NCBI GenBank assembly: GCA_009602735.1
Contig: WELA01002918.1
Location: 47,427-90,852 of the forward strand
Source of the DNA: Mesotaenium endlicherianum
Taxonomy: Eukaryota
DNA length: 43,426 bases
Direction: 5' to 3'
Of this stretch, positions 12,501 through 23,668 are shown one piece after another (within the stretch, counting starts at the first letter, position 1; every line of letters begins with the position of its first letter). A model generated the notes under the pieces. The model was not told the DNA's origin. It saw nothing but the letters and a program-made list of their open reading frames with translations, and searched no databases. Position numbers and translations under genes: made by a program.

Positions 12501-15500
12501 TGGGTNNNNNNNNNNNNNNNNNNNNNNNNNNNNNNNNNNNNNNNNNNNNNNNNNNNNNNNNNNNNNNNNNNNNNNNNNNNNNNNNNNNNNNNNNNNNNNN
12601 NNNNNNNNNNNNNNNNNNNNNNNNNNNNNNNNNNNNNNNNNNNNNNNNNNNNNNNNNNNNNNNNNNNNNNNNNNNNNNNNNNNNNNNNNNNNNNNNNNNN
12701 NNNNNNNNNNNNNNNNNNNNNNNNNNNNNNNNNNNNNNNNNNNNNNNNNNNNNNNNNNNNNNNNNNNNNNNNNNNNNNNNNNNNNNNNNNNNNNNNNNNN
12801 NNNNNNNNNNNNNNNNNNNNNNNNNNNNNNNNNNNNNNNNNNNNNNNNNNNNNNNNNNNNNNNNNNNNNNNNNNNNNNNNNNNNNNNNNNNNNNNNNNNN
12901 NNNNNNNNNNNNNNNNNNNNNNNNNNNNNNNNNNNNNNNNNNNNNNNNNNNNNNNNNNNNNNNNNNNNNNNNNNNNNNNNNNNNNNNNNNNNNNNNNNNN
13001 NNNNNNNNNNNNNNNNNNNNNNNNNNNNNNNNNNNNNNNNNNNNNNNNGGGGAGACGGGAGGGAGGCGGACAATGGCAGTTTAGGCAAAGACAAGCGGGT
13101 TGATCTGACGGGCCTGTCCACTTCCTCCCCCTCCCCCTCCCCCTTTTTCCCGTCTCCTGCTACTATATCCTACGGGCGATGGCTGTGATGCGCATACTGG
13201 GATGCTGCCGGCTCGGGCCTCCGGGGCCCTGTCAACTTCACCCCCCCCCCATCATCGGCCCTGTGTGTGTGTTGTGTGTGCGTGGGTGCTTGCGTGCCTG
13301 CGTGCGTATGCAGCACACATGCACGCTTATATGCGTCTGCTCCTCCTTCTTCCTCAAAGTTAGGCTGTGTGACGGTGTCCCCATCTTGCACAAGGACTGC
13401 GCGAGCAGACGCACATCTCTCCACAGTACGCCCCCCGCCCTCTCCCCCCCTACAAAGAAAAAACCTCCCCCTTCTGTGCCCCTCTTTCCCCTCTCCTCCC
13501 CCCTTCCTCCTGTCATTTTCTTTTGCTCTTCTTATCCACCGGCCGGTCTCCAGGTGTCAAACTCTGGTCCGAGAAGAGGTGAGAGAGCACAGTGAAAGGG
13601 GGGGCCTGGAGGGGGAGGGCGGGGAGGGAGGCCAGGGGGAGGAAGAGACAGGGAGGGGGGAGAGACAGGGAGAGGGGAGAGTGAGGAAGAGAAATGGGAA
13701 GAGAAAATCGGGGGTGTGAACGCACCCCACATTCCTGGCTACCGGCTTTTCTGAAGGGGGGAGGGTAAAATTGTCAGGTGTGAATGGGCACCCTGTTCCT
13801 GCCTACAAATCATGCGGGAGTGGAAAAGTCGGGGACTGCGGGTCAGGTGTGAACGCGCATCCCGCTCCCCGCTTCCAGCTGGGAGAGCGAGAGAGCTGGA
13901 AAGAGAGGGCCAGGTGTGAACGTGCAACACGCTCACGGCTTCCAGCTGATAGAGGGGGAAAGAGCCGGAAAGAGAGGGCCAGGTGTGAACGCACACCGTG
14001 CGGACCACGTTCCCCACCTTCCAGCCGGAAGAGGGAGAGAGAGCTGGGAAGGGAGGGGGTCAGGTGTGAACGCGCACCATGTTGCGGGCTTCCAGCTCGG
14101 GCTGCTCGGGGCCCTCCCATTGGAGGAGCAGCTGGGCGGCCTCCACCTGATTGGACGCCACCGCCACGTGAAGCGGCGTCTGCGTCATCTGCACCACACC
14201 TCAACCGCAGCAGCCAATGAGCGGTCAAGATCATACAGGTCACCTCGGGGCGAGACAAAGCCAAGCCAACAAGCTTTGTCCGAGAAACCAGGCGTAGCAC
14301 GCATGCGCACACGCACGTACGCAAGCACGCACCCACGCATCCCCCAACGCGCCCAAGTCCATACCAGAGCAGGCGATGTCCAGTACAGCTGCAGCGGCAG
14401 CGGCAGCCGCAACCGCAGCCGCAGCCGCACGTCTCGCGATTGAGGGGTGCTCCTGCATGCGATTGGTAACACCCTGTGACTGCTCGGGACACGAAGTAGG
14501 GGCAAAGCAGGGGCCAAGGAGGAGACGCGCCCAGAATGTGTGCGGCGCCCGGAATAACTGAGGTCGCCTGCTCACACACTCGATAGATGGCTGCAAAGGA
14601 CCTCATGAAAGGCGCGGTCCCCCCTGTGCCCACTACGATAAGGCACGTGAGTGAGGGACAGAGGGGAATAGACTAGGAGAGGGTGCCGGGGGGAAGCGAT
14701 GAAGAGGAAGGCAGGAGAGAGAGAAAGGCAGAGAGAGAGGGGGGGTNNNNNNNNNNNNNNNNNNNNNNNNNNNNNNNNNNNNNNNNNNNNNNNNNNNNNN
14801 NNNNNNNNNNNNNNNNNNNNNNNNNNNNNNNNNNNNNNNNNNNNNNNNNNNNNNNNNNNNNNNNNNNNNNNNNNNNNNNNNNNNNNNNNNNNNNNNNNNN
14901 NNNNNNNNNNNNNNNNNNNNNNNNNNNNNNNNNNNNNNNNNNNNNNNNNNNNNNNNNNNNNNNNNNNNNNNNNNNNNNNNNNNNNNNNNNNNNNNNNNNN
15001 NNNNNNNNNNNNNNNNNNNNNNNNNNNNNNNNNNNNNNNNNNNNNNNNNNNNNNNNNNNNNNNNNNNNNNNNNNNNNNNNNNNNNNNNNNNNNNNNNNNN
15101 NNNNNNNNNNNNNNNNNNNNNNNNNNNNNNNNNNNNNNNNNNNNNNNNNNNNNNNNNNNNNNNNNNNNNNNNNNNNNNNNNNNNNNNNNNNNNNNNNNNN
15201 NNNNNNNNNNNNNNNNNNNNNNNNNNNNNNNNNNGGCGGCGCGGGAGCCGCCGGCGGTGCCCCCGCTCGCCTGCCAGCTGGAGCCGCCGCCGCCGCTGCC
15301 GCCCCCTCGTCCCTGCGTTCCATGATCTCACGCTTCACTACCTCCACCTGGCCACTGTGCACATGCTCGTGCTCCCCCCCTCTGCCGCCACCCGCAATAG
15401 GCTCCACCTTGGCGCCGCTCCCGTCGCCCCCTACCCCGCCGTTGCCGCTGACGTGGCCGCTGACATTGCCGCCGATATGGCCGTTGGCATTGCCGTTGAC

Positions 15501-15875
15501 GTGGCTGTGGCCGTTGTCATTGACGTGGCCGTTGCCGGTGCCATTGCCGTCGCGGCTGATGTGGCTGTGGCCATTTCCGTTGGCATGCTGCGGATGATGG
15601 TGACGATGGTGATGACTTTGGAGCCCGGAGTGAGAGCCCGCCCCCTCCGGCGGCCCGCTTGCATACACGCCGGCGCTAGCGTTTGCACCCATGCCCGCAT
15701 CTGCGCCTGCGGCACCCGCTGCCGCCGCTCCCACTGCTGCTGCTCCTTTCTCGGCCCCCTCCTCCTCCTTCTCCTCCTGCACGTGAAGCTTCTTATTCGC
15801 CTCCTCCTCCTCTTCTTCCTCCTTGTTGTTCTTCAGGTAGCTGTGGTGGCTGCTGACGTCCCTGACGATGACGAC

Positions 15876-15909
<34 letters not shown>

Positions 15910-17204
15910 TCGCCCCTGTCTCCCCAGCCGCCTCCCGCCTCCCTGCTGGGAGACACGCTGCCAGGGGGGAGCCTGGAGACGCCGCCAGAGACGCTGAAGC
16001 GGTGGCCGGGGGACGTGCGGGGGGACGGGGACGGCGACGGGGATGCCGGCCTGTCCCAGTGCGACACCTGGCCGTCTCTGTGCGATGACACCTGGCCGTC
16101 ACGGGCAGCGTCCCCTCTGCCACTGGTGGGGGACTCCTTGATGGTCCCGGAGACGCCCCTCCTCAGCAGCGGCGCACTTCCCCACCCCTCCCCCTCTTCG
16201 CGCCTGGGGCTGCTGGCGCCCCTGCCAGCGGCAGAGGAGGCAGCGGCGGCGGGCTCCTGGACGCGGCCACCTGGCGGCGGGAGAGCCCTGGGGCTGGGGT
16301 ACCTGTGCTGCTGCTGCTGCGGCTGCTGCAGATGATGCTGAGCTGGCGAGCCGTGGTGGTTGCCTGCCGGGCTGCCGCTGCCATTGCCGCCACCGCCGCC
16401 ATTGCTGCTGCTGCTGTACGAGCGGGAGAGGTTGGAGGGGGAGGGGGTACTGATGAGGTTGGAAGGGGGAAAGGAGGAGGGGGAGGCGGAACCGGCGCGG
16501 GAGGGGGAGGGGGAGGGGGAGGGGGAGCCGCGGCCGCACAGCGGCGAGCCACCTGACGCGCTCTCGCTGTCCAGCGAGGACCGCCGCGGCCGGCTGGCGT
16601 CTGACGCGATGGTGGCTGCCAGGATGGCCTTGGGGCTCTTGGTGGTCCCGTCCTCGAAGAAGGGCCGCCTGCCTGGCAGGTCGACTGACGCGGGGCCCTT
16701 CCGCTCCCTCCTTGCCGCCAGTGATGGCGGCCTCTCCCTCTCCCTCTCCCTCTCCCTCTCAGGGCCACCGCCTGCCCTCTCGAGCGCTGCCGTCGCGCCA
16801 GGCGGCCCTAGCGGCGTCCTCATTGAGACCTCGCCGCTGCCGCCCCCGTGGACGACTTGGGGCCCCGCCGCCAGGTGATGGCCAATGCTGCTGCTGCTGC
16901 TGCTGCTAATCAAAGGGACATGTGAGCTCTCGCCGTGGGAGGACGGGGGAGTGGCGCGGGGGGAGCCAGCGCCGCTGCCCGCGGGGCTGCCGCCAAAGGG
17001 CGGGAACTTGCGGACAAGGGGGGACTGAGGGGGCATGACCATGTCTTCATGCACGGAAGGGCCGTAGTTTGGCGCCATGTGGCTGCCTGTGAGGCCCTGG
17101 AAGGGGGAGCCTCCACAGGTGTCGAACAACGTGGCCAGGATGTCCTGCTTAGTCAGCAGCTGCTGCGTAGGGGTGGTCCTGGAGGCGTGAATGCAAACTA
17201 CCAT
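6446..17204 (-). CDS. Spliced gene: ankyrin-repeat + AAA+ ATPase (CbbX/CfxQ-like; homolog of Arabidopsis At3g24530); overall span
   Basis: Exons 14078-14188, 11575-11685, 10931-11029, 9696-9900, 8954-9093, 8438-8588, 7867-8029 and 6446-6671 have GT/AG boundaries and compatible phases. TPLH ankyrin motifs, Walker A GSPGTGKT, Walker B ILFVDEAY, family motifs QRTDLVGEFVGHTGPKT and DDKDYG.EALEEIMS. One ankyrin exon and the end of exon 1 are inferred to lie in N gaps 12506-13048 and 14747-15234; 5' limit uncertain. Confidence 0.9.
6735..6892. repeat. Intronic pyrimidine-rich tandem repeat (TCTGTCCCTC-like, 10-12 bp units)
   Basis: Repeated cctgtccctc / tctgtccctctc units. Confidence 0.8.
7867..8029 (-). 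CDS. ANK-AAA gene exon (GYAEPMQRVFGANEGFQRRVTKYFTFDD...HGFR)
   Basis: TTGCAG acceptor, GTGCGT donor; 163 nt, phase 1 to 2; CbbX-like AGY...NEGF.RR motif. Confidence 0.92.
8438..8588 (-). CDS. ANK-AAA gene exon with Walker B (IEEAEGGILFVDEAYRL...VVIFA)
   Basis: GCGCAG acceptor, GTAAG donor; 151 nt. Confidence 0.95.
8779..8856. repeat. Intronic 12-bp tandem repeat (GAGCAAGGGAGG)
   Basis: About six gagcaagggagg-type units, some interrupted. Confidence 0.7.
8954..9093 (-). CDS. ANK-AAA gene exon (GKTSVARIMAKLLHMVGVLAADKVTEVQRTDLVGEFVGHTGPKTRKK)
   Basis: CGCAG acceptor, GTACG donor; 140 nt; completes Walker A. Confidence 0.95.
9351..9592. repeat. (GA)n microsatellite in intron, interrupted by an N gap
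   Basis: Pure GA runs on both sides of the gap 9426-9508. Confidence 0.95.
9696..9900 (-). CDS. ANK-AAA gene exon (AQKAVENAKAKMAELEAELAHIVGL...HMAFLGSPGT)
   Basis: CTGCAG acceptor, GTGCG donor; 205 nt; EL..IVGL..LK and HMAFLG.PGTG are CbbX/CfxQ signatures. Confidence 0.95.
10285..10466. repeat. Degenerate 15-bp intronic repeat (~ACACTCGAACCACAC)
   Basis: acactccaatcacac / acactcaaaccactc / acacgcaaaccactt / gccctcgagccacgt / acgctcgaatcgcat in 15-bp register. Confidence 0.55.
10931..11029 (-). CDS. ANK-AAA gene exon (DKKTPINQLARAPSTEKLLSLLNRHLDQQSVAT)
   Basis: GAGCAG acceptor, GTGAG donor; 99 nt, phase 0-0; degenerate last ankyrin repeat/linker. Confidence 0.85.
11575..11685 (-). CDS. ANK-AAA gene ankyrin exon (NGMTPLHLAVWSAARSEDTSAVEVLLEHRADLSALDK)
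   Basis: CGCAG acceptor, GTGG donor; 111 nt, phase 0-0; GxTPLHxA...LL..AD consensus. Confidence 0.93.
13711..14097 (-). repeat. Six degenerate 64-81-bp tandem units copying the exon end / 5' splice site / intron start
   Basis: Plus-strand core (ca)ggtgtgaa at 13711, 13775, 13844, 13911, 13980, 14061; most units also carry cttccagc, matching the exon 3' end. Confidence 0.8.
14078..14188 (-). CDS. ANK-AAA gene ankyrin exon (MTQTPLHVAVASNQVEAAQLLLQWEGPEQPELEARNM); not shown in the ORF track
   Basis: GTGCAG acceptor (AG at 14190-14189), GTGCGC donor; 111 nt, phase 0-0; TPLHVA...LL.W.G.E..ELEA.N matches the family. Confidence 0.92.
15235..17204 (-). CDS. Probable first coding exon of the ANK-AAA gene: ~656 readable codons of low-complexity (S/P/G/Q/E/H/N-rich) sequence running into an N gap
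   Basis: Stop-free from ATG 17204 (alternative ATGs 17078, 15323) to the gap at 15234; in-frame polyQ, polyE, polyS and NG/H repeats; same strand and directly upstream of the ankyrin exons; linkage is inferred. Confidence 0.6.
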
Positions 17205-19120
17205 ATCCAGCTAGATTGGAGGAGGGGCCAGAGGCTGAGTGGCCCCCTCCTGCCCTGGTCCAAGATTTTATACCCCTTCCCGGGCAGCTCGGGCAGCTCA
17301 CAAATCTTTCCAACAGAGTACGCCCCTGCTTGTCACAGCTTAGGTTCACCTGCTACCTCCTTTTCTTTCTTTCTACGCTCGCACCGTGCGATGGCAAGAA
17401 TGTCAAGGTTGACAACCCTGTTGACCAGGGTTGACCAGAACCCAGGCTCACCCTTCAAGCTCCCCTCATTCCCCAAATGTCAGCAGGTGGGAGAAAAGAA
17501 CGATTGACCAGAGTCAACCTCGTCCTGGCAGGTAAAGACTGGCTGGTGTCCCGTCCTTTCTTCTGTATTGTTGCACCTGCCTGCTAGTTTGTAAAGTTAT
17601 CAATGGATCCAAAAGAACTATGTTTCTATATCCCAGAGGCCAGTAAGATCCTCTTGACCCGGAGCCAACTATCTGCCCGCCACCGTTCAATCGGACCTTT
17701 CTGACCCCAAGGCGACTCTACGCTTTAAACAAGAGGTTTGCTGCAGAACCAATGCTGCAAATATTTCAGCAACACAGAAGCATTCAAAGCTGTAACCGGC
17801 TGAGAGCGGAAGAGCCGAATAATTTCTCAGCTGAGAAAAGAGAAACGAATATTACTTATCCCTGTGCACACATCCTCATATGACTGCAGAGGCGCCGCGA
17901 GCTCTTGATGACCTTGCCCTTAACTGCTTGTCCGATGAATAGGGGAAAACTTACTCCAGATTTCAAGTGACTGCTTCGTTGACCTTCTCTATGTACATCT
18001 GAAGAGTTGCATGAATCCTGACAAAAGAATCTTCTTTGGACTAAGCCTGGGTGTCTCTTCGACCCTGTCTACCTGCCAAATATACGTTCTTGGGAGCAAT
18101 AATGTAGGCAGATCACTTCAGGCAATGCGTAGTGAAGAGATGGGACTCAAGTCGCAAAAAAAGCTGATGTAGTCCAAGCGATTCAAAGAGGTCACTATGA
18201 GGAAAGGCGTCACGGTCTCTCACACAGGTGTCGTTTAACTCTCAGCTTGTTGTCCACATTGACCGCTGAGAAATGGTCATGGATTGGTAAAAGTTTTGGA
18301 CAGGATGGGCCGGGGACGCGAGCTGCAGTCATGCCGGCTGCATGGTTAGCAGAAGATCGCTTGCAATATATAAACGAGCCGGGAGCTGACATTTCTAAGA
18401 CCAGCTTTAGGCGCGAATATTTATCATTCAGTCAAAGGACAACTAAAAATCTCCTACTCATATAATACAATATTCAACCCAATTCAGATCCTTTCTAGGC
18501 ATTTATGACGGATCTATATTTTTCCCATCCAGCATTCAAAAAGTACCGCAGCAGGTCCGACCCTAGTTGTCAGCCTCAAAGAAAGCACAAGAATGGGCAT
18601 TGCGGCAATTGACGGTCTGTAACGGATTACCTTGATCGGCCATTTGTCAGAAATACACGAGCAGGTCGTACCTGTCAGCACCTCTATTATGAATGAGGTG
18701 ACAAGATTCGAGAGGATGTATTTCAAAGACGTGCACTCGGCAGAAAACCAGACAAGACCAACGCGTCACAAAAAGCGTATCCGACATTCCCGCCATCCGG
18801 CCGAGTTGCCGGCTATTCACAGAGGTTTGCTGCCAGCTAGTTCCTACGGCTTGGATGGGCTCTGTATAGCACAGGTATGGAGTGTGTGTCGGTGTGTGCC
18901 TGTTGAAGCCGACTAACGCTCCATAAAAAGCACTAAACCCGTCTTTGGCTGGTCTGCCCAGAATAACCTGGAGGTTATCGACTCCGTGTATACCGACGCG
19001 AGTATACCGACGCCAGTATATTCCAGCAAAAGAGCAAGTCAGGGCTGGTCAGAGCCGTTCGATCGTACAATCTCCAACGGCTCCGTAAGGGAGCTCCGGC
19101 AGAGGAGCCTTCAGAGTCCA

Positions 19121-19230
19121 GACTGCTCGACCATGCTCGACTCTGCTCGACTCTGCTCGACTCTGCTCGACTCTGCTCGACTCCTCTTGGACCTCTGCAC
19201 CGCTCTGCACGGCTCTGTAGGCTGCTCCAG
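19121..19230. repeat. 10-bp tandem repeat (CTCTGCTCGA) with degenerate flanks
   Basis: Four perfect units 19141-19180 plus diverged units either side in 10-bp register. Confidence 0.85.
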
Positions 19231-22200
19231 GCAGCTGGGAAGAACATGGGAATCGTTTAGCAACCTGCAGCTCGCAACGGCATGATATCCGCGCCCCTCG
19301 CTTATGGCCTCTATTCGCAGTTACCGTAGAGAGGTGGGCGGCGACGGGCAGGGTGGTGGTACCCAGGTGGTACTACTCATAAACCGTAACTGCGGGGAAC
19401 GGCAGACACGGCTGAAGTTCAAACGTTAAGTTGTCAATATCAACACGAGTGAAATTTCATCGCTCATGCGTGTGAACCGAATTTCAAGGGTGATTCGGGG
19501 CGACTAAACTACTAACTTTCAGTGTTCTCCCGAGTGTACTGTGTTCAAAATTTTAATAATGAAAACAAAACCAAACAAACATATGTCCAGAAATGGACAC
19601 ACATGGTCTATGGCAAGATGTTTTGTAATTACAAAAGATAAGAAAGTACAAATATGATACACGCAGAATTAATCAGTTATTTATAATGCTAATTTGGGTG
19701 TCGAAATAAGCTATTGCGGTCTATGGTTTGATACTAAGATAATGCATTATGCCCAAACTATTAATGCCAACCTACTGTTCGCGAGGTGGAAGTTGCAGTC
19801 TTGGACGTCTGTACGTGGTAGTGTACGTTCTTTGTCGCCAGTGAAGTCTATATCACTTTTGATTTAATCGTGGGTTCCACGGAAGTCTGCAAGGGTTGTT
19901 GTACTGATTCCAATCTTAGTCTACTTCGGACAGGAGTGATATTCGGTGGGCTGGGTGGGTTCCTAGTGCAGTAATGTTATCTTGCTTGTGCAACAATGAA
20001 GTGCTTGGACGTTACCCATATAAGCACCTGCAGTAGAAGTTGCGTAGGAGATGAGATGACGTGTACTAAAGGCTCATTGGTGTACTCACTCTCAAGAGGA
20101 TTTTTGTGATAAGCGTTTCACTTATCAAACTTTAGTTTTTATATTGTAGTATACCAAATATCATCTTGTTTCATACAAAAAGGAAAGAGGAGTTTCTAGT
20201 TGATGAAATAAAGCATCAATATTATGAACTTATATACCTCAATAAAAGACTATTTTGAAGACTATCTTAAGAATATTTACAAAATATAAACTCTTACGAA
20301 ATACGCTTCTACCTATTGAGGGTGACTATGTAGTATGTAAATATTGTCTTGGTCTTATGATGTTTATAATCTTATTTACCAATTGTATCACATTATTAAA
20401 TTGATCTTTACTATCAATTCTTAAGCCGTTGCTTTGGATTAAGATGCATATGTGCAACGTAGGTGGACGGGCAAAAAAGTAGAGACTACGATCTCTCACT
20501 TTTACAAAAAAAGATATAGGAGTTGATGGGGCGCTTATAAGAGTTGTGCCTGTATAAGATATTTCAAAAAAAAAAAAAAGCAATTCAAATGTGTTTTGAA
20601 TTTTGCTGTATAATCCAAGATTCCATCTTGTAATAGCCAAATTTTTGAAATTCCTTGTATTGTCCAAAACTTCAACACCTAATTTTTGGTATTGCGTCTT
20701 TGTTATGCATTTCTAGACACAGTTATTCTATTTTTAAATAGGTTGTGTCAAACACATTATCATACACTTTTTATGCTTATAAAAATATTAAATATAATAT
20801 TGCATATCACTTTTATACCATATATAGTTTACGATATGAAATCTTTGAATCAGATACGCATTGTGATTTTAATACTCCACCATAATTTTTTTCAGTGATA
20901 AAAGATTGCCTACTCGACAGATGACATTATTTGATGACATACATCTATGTTCATTAGTATTTTTATTGGTACATTAAATTAGACCTTTACTGGTGTCCAC
21001 GTATTCGTTTCTAACTACAATATTTGGGATTGCGGCGCAGGCTGTGTTATATGATGCCAGCGTATTTTGAGTTTTTCCAGCAATTCATTTCAAAAATTGG
21101 TTAAAAAAAGTTCAAGATCTCCCCTCCACCCTAAATTACAGTTAGACCAATCTGGATTGGGGGTTTTTGGCTCGTCTTGTTCATCTGTGACATTCTTCAT
21201 AGGATTTCAATACCTGAAATATGTCAGTAGATAATGATAATCCATTAGAGAAGAGAGGTGAAACAGGAACTTTAGAGCAGAGCCCGCACAGCAATTGTCA
21301 CGAAGGGGGGGGCTGGAAACAACAGAATTTGTTGTGCCAATTGGAGGTGGTTTTGTTGACTCCATAGTGCCTACTGAACGTGAATTGTGTAGAAGATACT
21401 TGGTGTTATTTGTAGGTGCTGCATAAGTGAAATTTTTGATAAAATAAACACAAATTACTCAAACTTTCACGTATTCTGGCTTATTGTGGTCTATTGAAAA
21501 CTTGGGAGAGTTAATTGTGTCTAGAATTGAAAGGTGTTAGAGTTAATTGTGCAATGTGCGGTTAAACGTTTTGTCCTTGACCATTATAAAATAATATTGT
21601 CATACATCAGATCATAGTTTATCATCATCGTAGGTTTGACTTCTATCTTTCACACAAATAAGCCCCGTGGTAACATCAATGTCCTGCCACTTCACACGAG
21701 CTCCTCACGTCACTTGACCAGTGTACTCCTTTGAACTTTTTGATCAACAAAATTTAATATTTATAGTATACACTCGCCAAACTCAGCAAAAGATATGGGA
21801 AATATACTAAAGTAAGTCCATGTACTACTTTGATTTTGTAAATTTTCCAAGGGTATTGTTCAATAAGAAGCCAGAATTGAGAATACACTAATTTCTTGAC
21901 ATTGTTTATATTGTCTTATAATTAGCGCATCTCATAAAGTGAACGAGAGGTAAGTATGCGTAGTGTTTGTCAATGATGTCGTGCAGAGGTGGCAAAGCTT
22001 TAGCTGGCTGAGTGTTACATATATTTGGTGATATTTACAGACCAGTTTTGACGCCATGTTGATTGAACTGTACATACTTTGAGTAAAGTTGTGCAGTAAA
22101 AGTGAAGATAAGGATCTTGTGTGAATGCACTAACATGCGGGGGACCAAGGCAGGAAAAGCATGAAGGGTCCATTAGCTCCAAGTTCACTTGTCACACGTT

Positions 22201-22635
22201 TCTGCTTTTTGAGAGGATCTTTCCTCGGTATTCAAGAAATATTTAAATGAAGTGGAAAGAAATCTATATACTTGTGCAAATTGACAAATCCTCGAGAAAG
22301 CGAAAATAAAAACTAACGTAGAATGTGTGCTTGTGAGAGTTGCACTCACAATGACTCTGCAGGTATTTATACCTGCACGACGTGAGGCACCGGAGTGCTT
22401 CGAGTCACCACCTATGGCACTAATTCGTGTCAACGAAAATAGGCGAAGGGGTACGACCCATTTCGGCTAAATGCTCGAAACGCGCCGTTTGGCCGTTTGG
22501 AGACTTTTTGACGGTCTCCAAAAAACCGTTCCGCGCCAAAAGGGCGTTCTCGCGTTCTCGCGACTTTTCAAAAAGTCGCGACTGTTCGCGGAGTCGCGTA
22601 CACATGGTTTTGTCAATGAGCCGGAAGTTATGAAA

Positions 22636-22707
22636 ACTACTTTGGCCAGTCGGTTAGGTGTGAACGTTTCAAATGACAAGTCGCGAGTTCGAATCCGCTC
22701 GGATGCA
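22636..22707 (+). other. tRNA-derived / Pol III promoter-like module (degenerate; not a functional tRNA)
   Basis: A-box-like TGGCCAGTCGG 22643-22653 and B-box-like GAGTTCGAATCC 22685-22696 at tRNA spacing; acceptor stem does not pair. Confidence 0.45.
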
Positions 22708-23500
22708 AAGTCACTTTGCATATTATGTGTCGTTTGACTCTTACGACTGTTTGTTCGTATTAACGACTGAAGGGTGGGAGTCGGACTCGTGGATGATTCT
22801 CTCTCCAAACTTCCAAGGTAAAAACTCGGATTTTGTGCGATTGCTCTTAGATGCGAGGAGCCAAGGCAAAAAAATTGTCCAACAACTCTAAGTTAACTTG
22901 TCACTCTTGCCGTTCACTTTATCATAGTCACATTTTGCTGATAGAGTAACTGAATTATGTCAATTGTCATAATGGAGCAATTTTCATCACACCGTCAATT
23001 TCTCACTCTAAAATAATTGTACCGTGGAATGAATTAACTTAGCAATATGCGATCAACAATTCATGAAAGATCTTCATATCAACAAGTAATCTTTAAGGTA
23101 TTTTTTGGTTACTTAGTAAACAGCAAAAGCCTCCACAACTGGTATCACATTACTCACGCGTCAAATGCAAGTAAACGAGCATCAATCATGCAATTAGTAA
23201 AATTTATACATAAGCAAGGTTAGAAGACAGTTTGCATCAATGGCTTCTCGTCTTGGATTCGGATCTCTTTTAATAAGCAATACAAGAGAGTTAGCCTTGT
23301 TTCCAAATGCCGAACTCAAGAGCATGACCTAACCTATGAGTTTACTCTTCAACGGCAAGTGCGATGGCACCGCCTACCCGGGAGTTATTATACCAAATAT
23401 AACTAAAAGTCCAGCAGACTGAACTTGATTAACTATTATATTTAAATGAATAATACTCTATCAATGATACTGAATCGTTACATAATTACAGCTTAAAAGT

Positions 23501-23668
23501 ATGAACTTAGTTGCTGCTTTGCTAAGACACCAACCATGATCTTGCGAACGTGGATAGCATCGATCCCAGCCACTGGCAATAATAGCACTTACAATTCAAA
23601 AAATGAGCTTAGCTGCTGCTTTGCTAGGACAATCACCAACCATGATCTTAAGTGTAGATGACATTGAC
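23501..23668. repeat. Imperfect ~60-bp direct repeat, 102-bp spacing
   Basis: atgaacttagttgctgctttgctaagacaccaaccatgatctt (23501) vs atgagcttagctgctgctttgctaggacaatcaccaaccatgatctt (23603). Confidence 0.7.

Noticed and set aside
12303..13188. ORFs spanning N runs (also 14633-15597 and 25624-26639)
   Set aside because: Length is due to X residues from gaps
20326..20700. Minus-strand KNLAITRWN motif resembling the hAT TRW motif
   Set aside because: Single short motif in AT-rich DNA with no other transposase motifs visible; insufficient support
22636..22707. Functional tRNA gene
   Set aside because: Acceptor and T stems do not pair and there is no clear anticodon arm; kept only as a tRNA-like module
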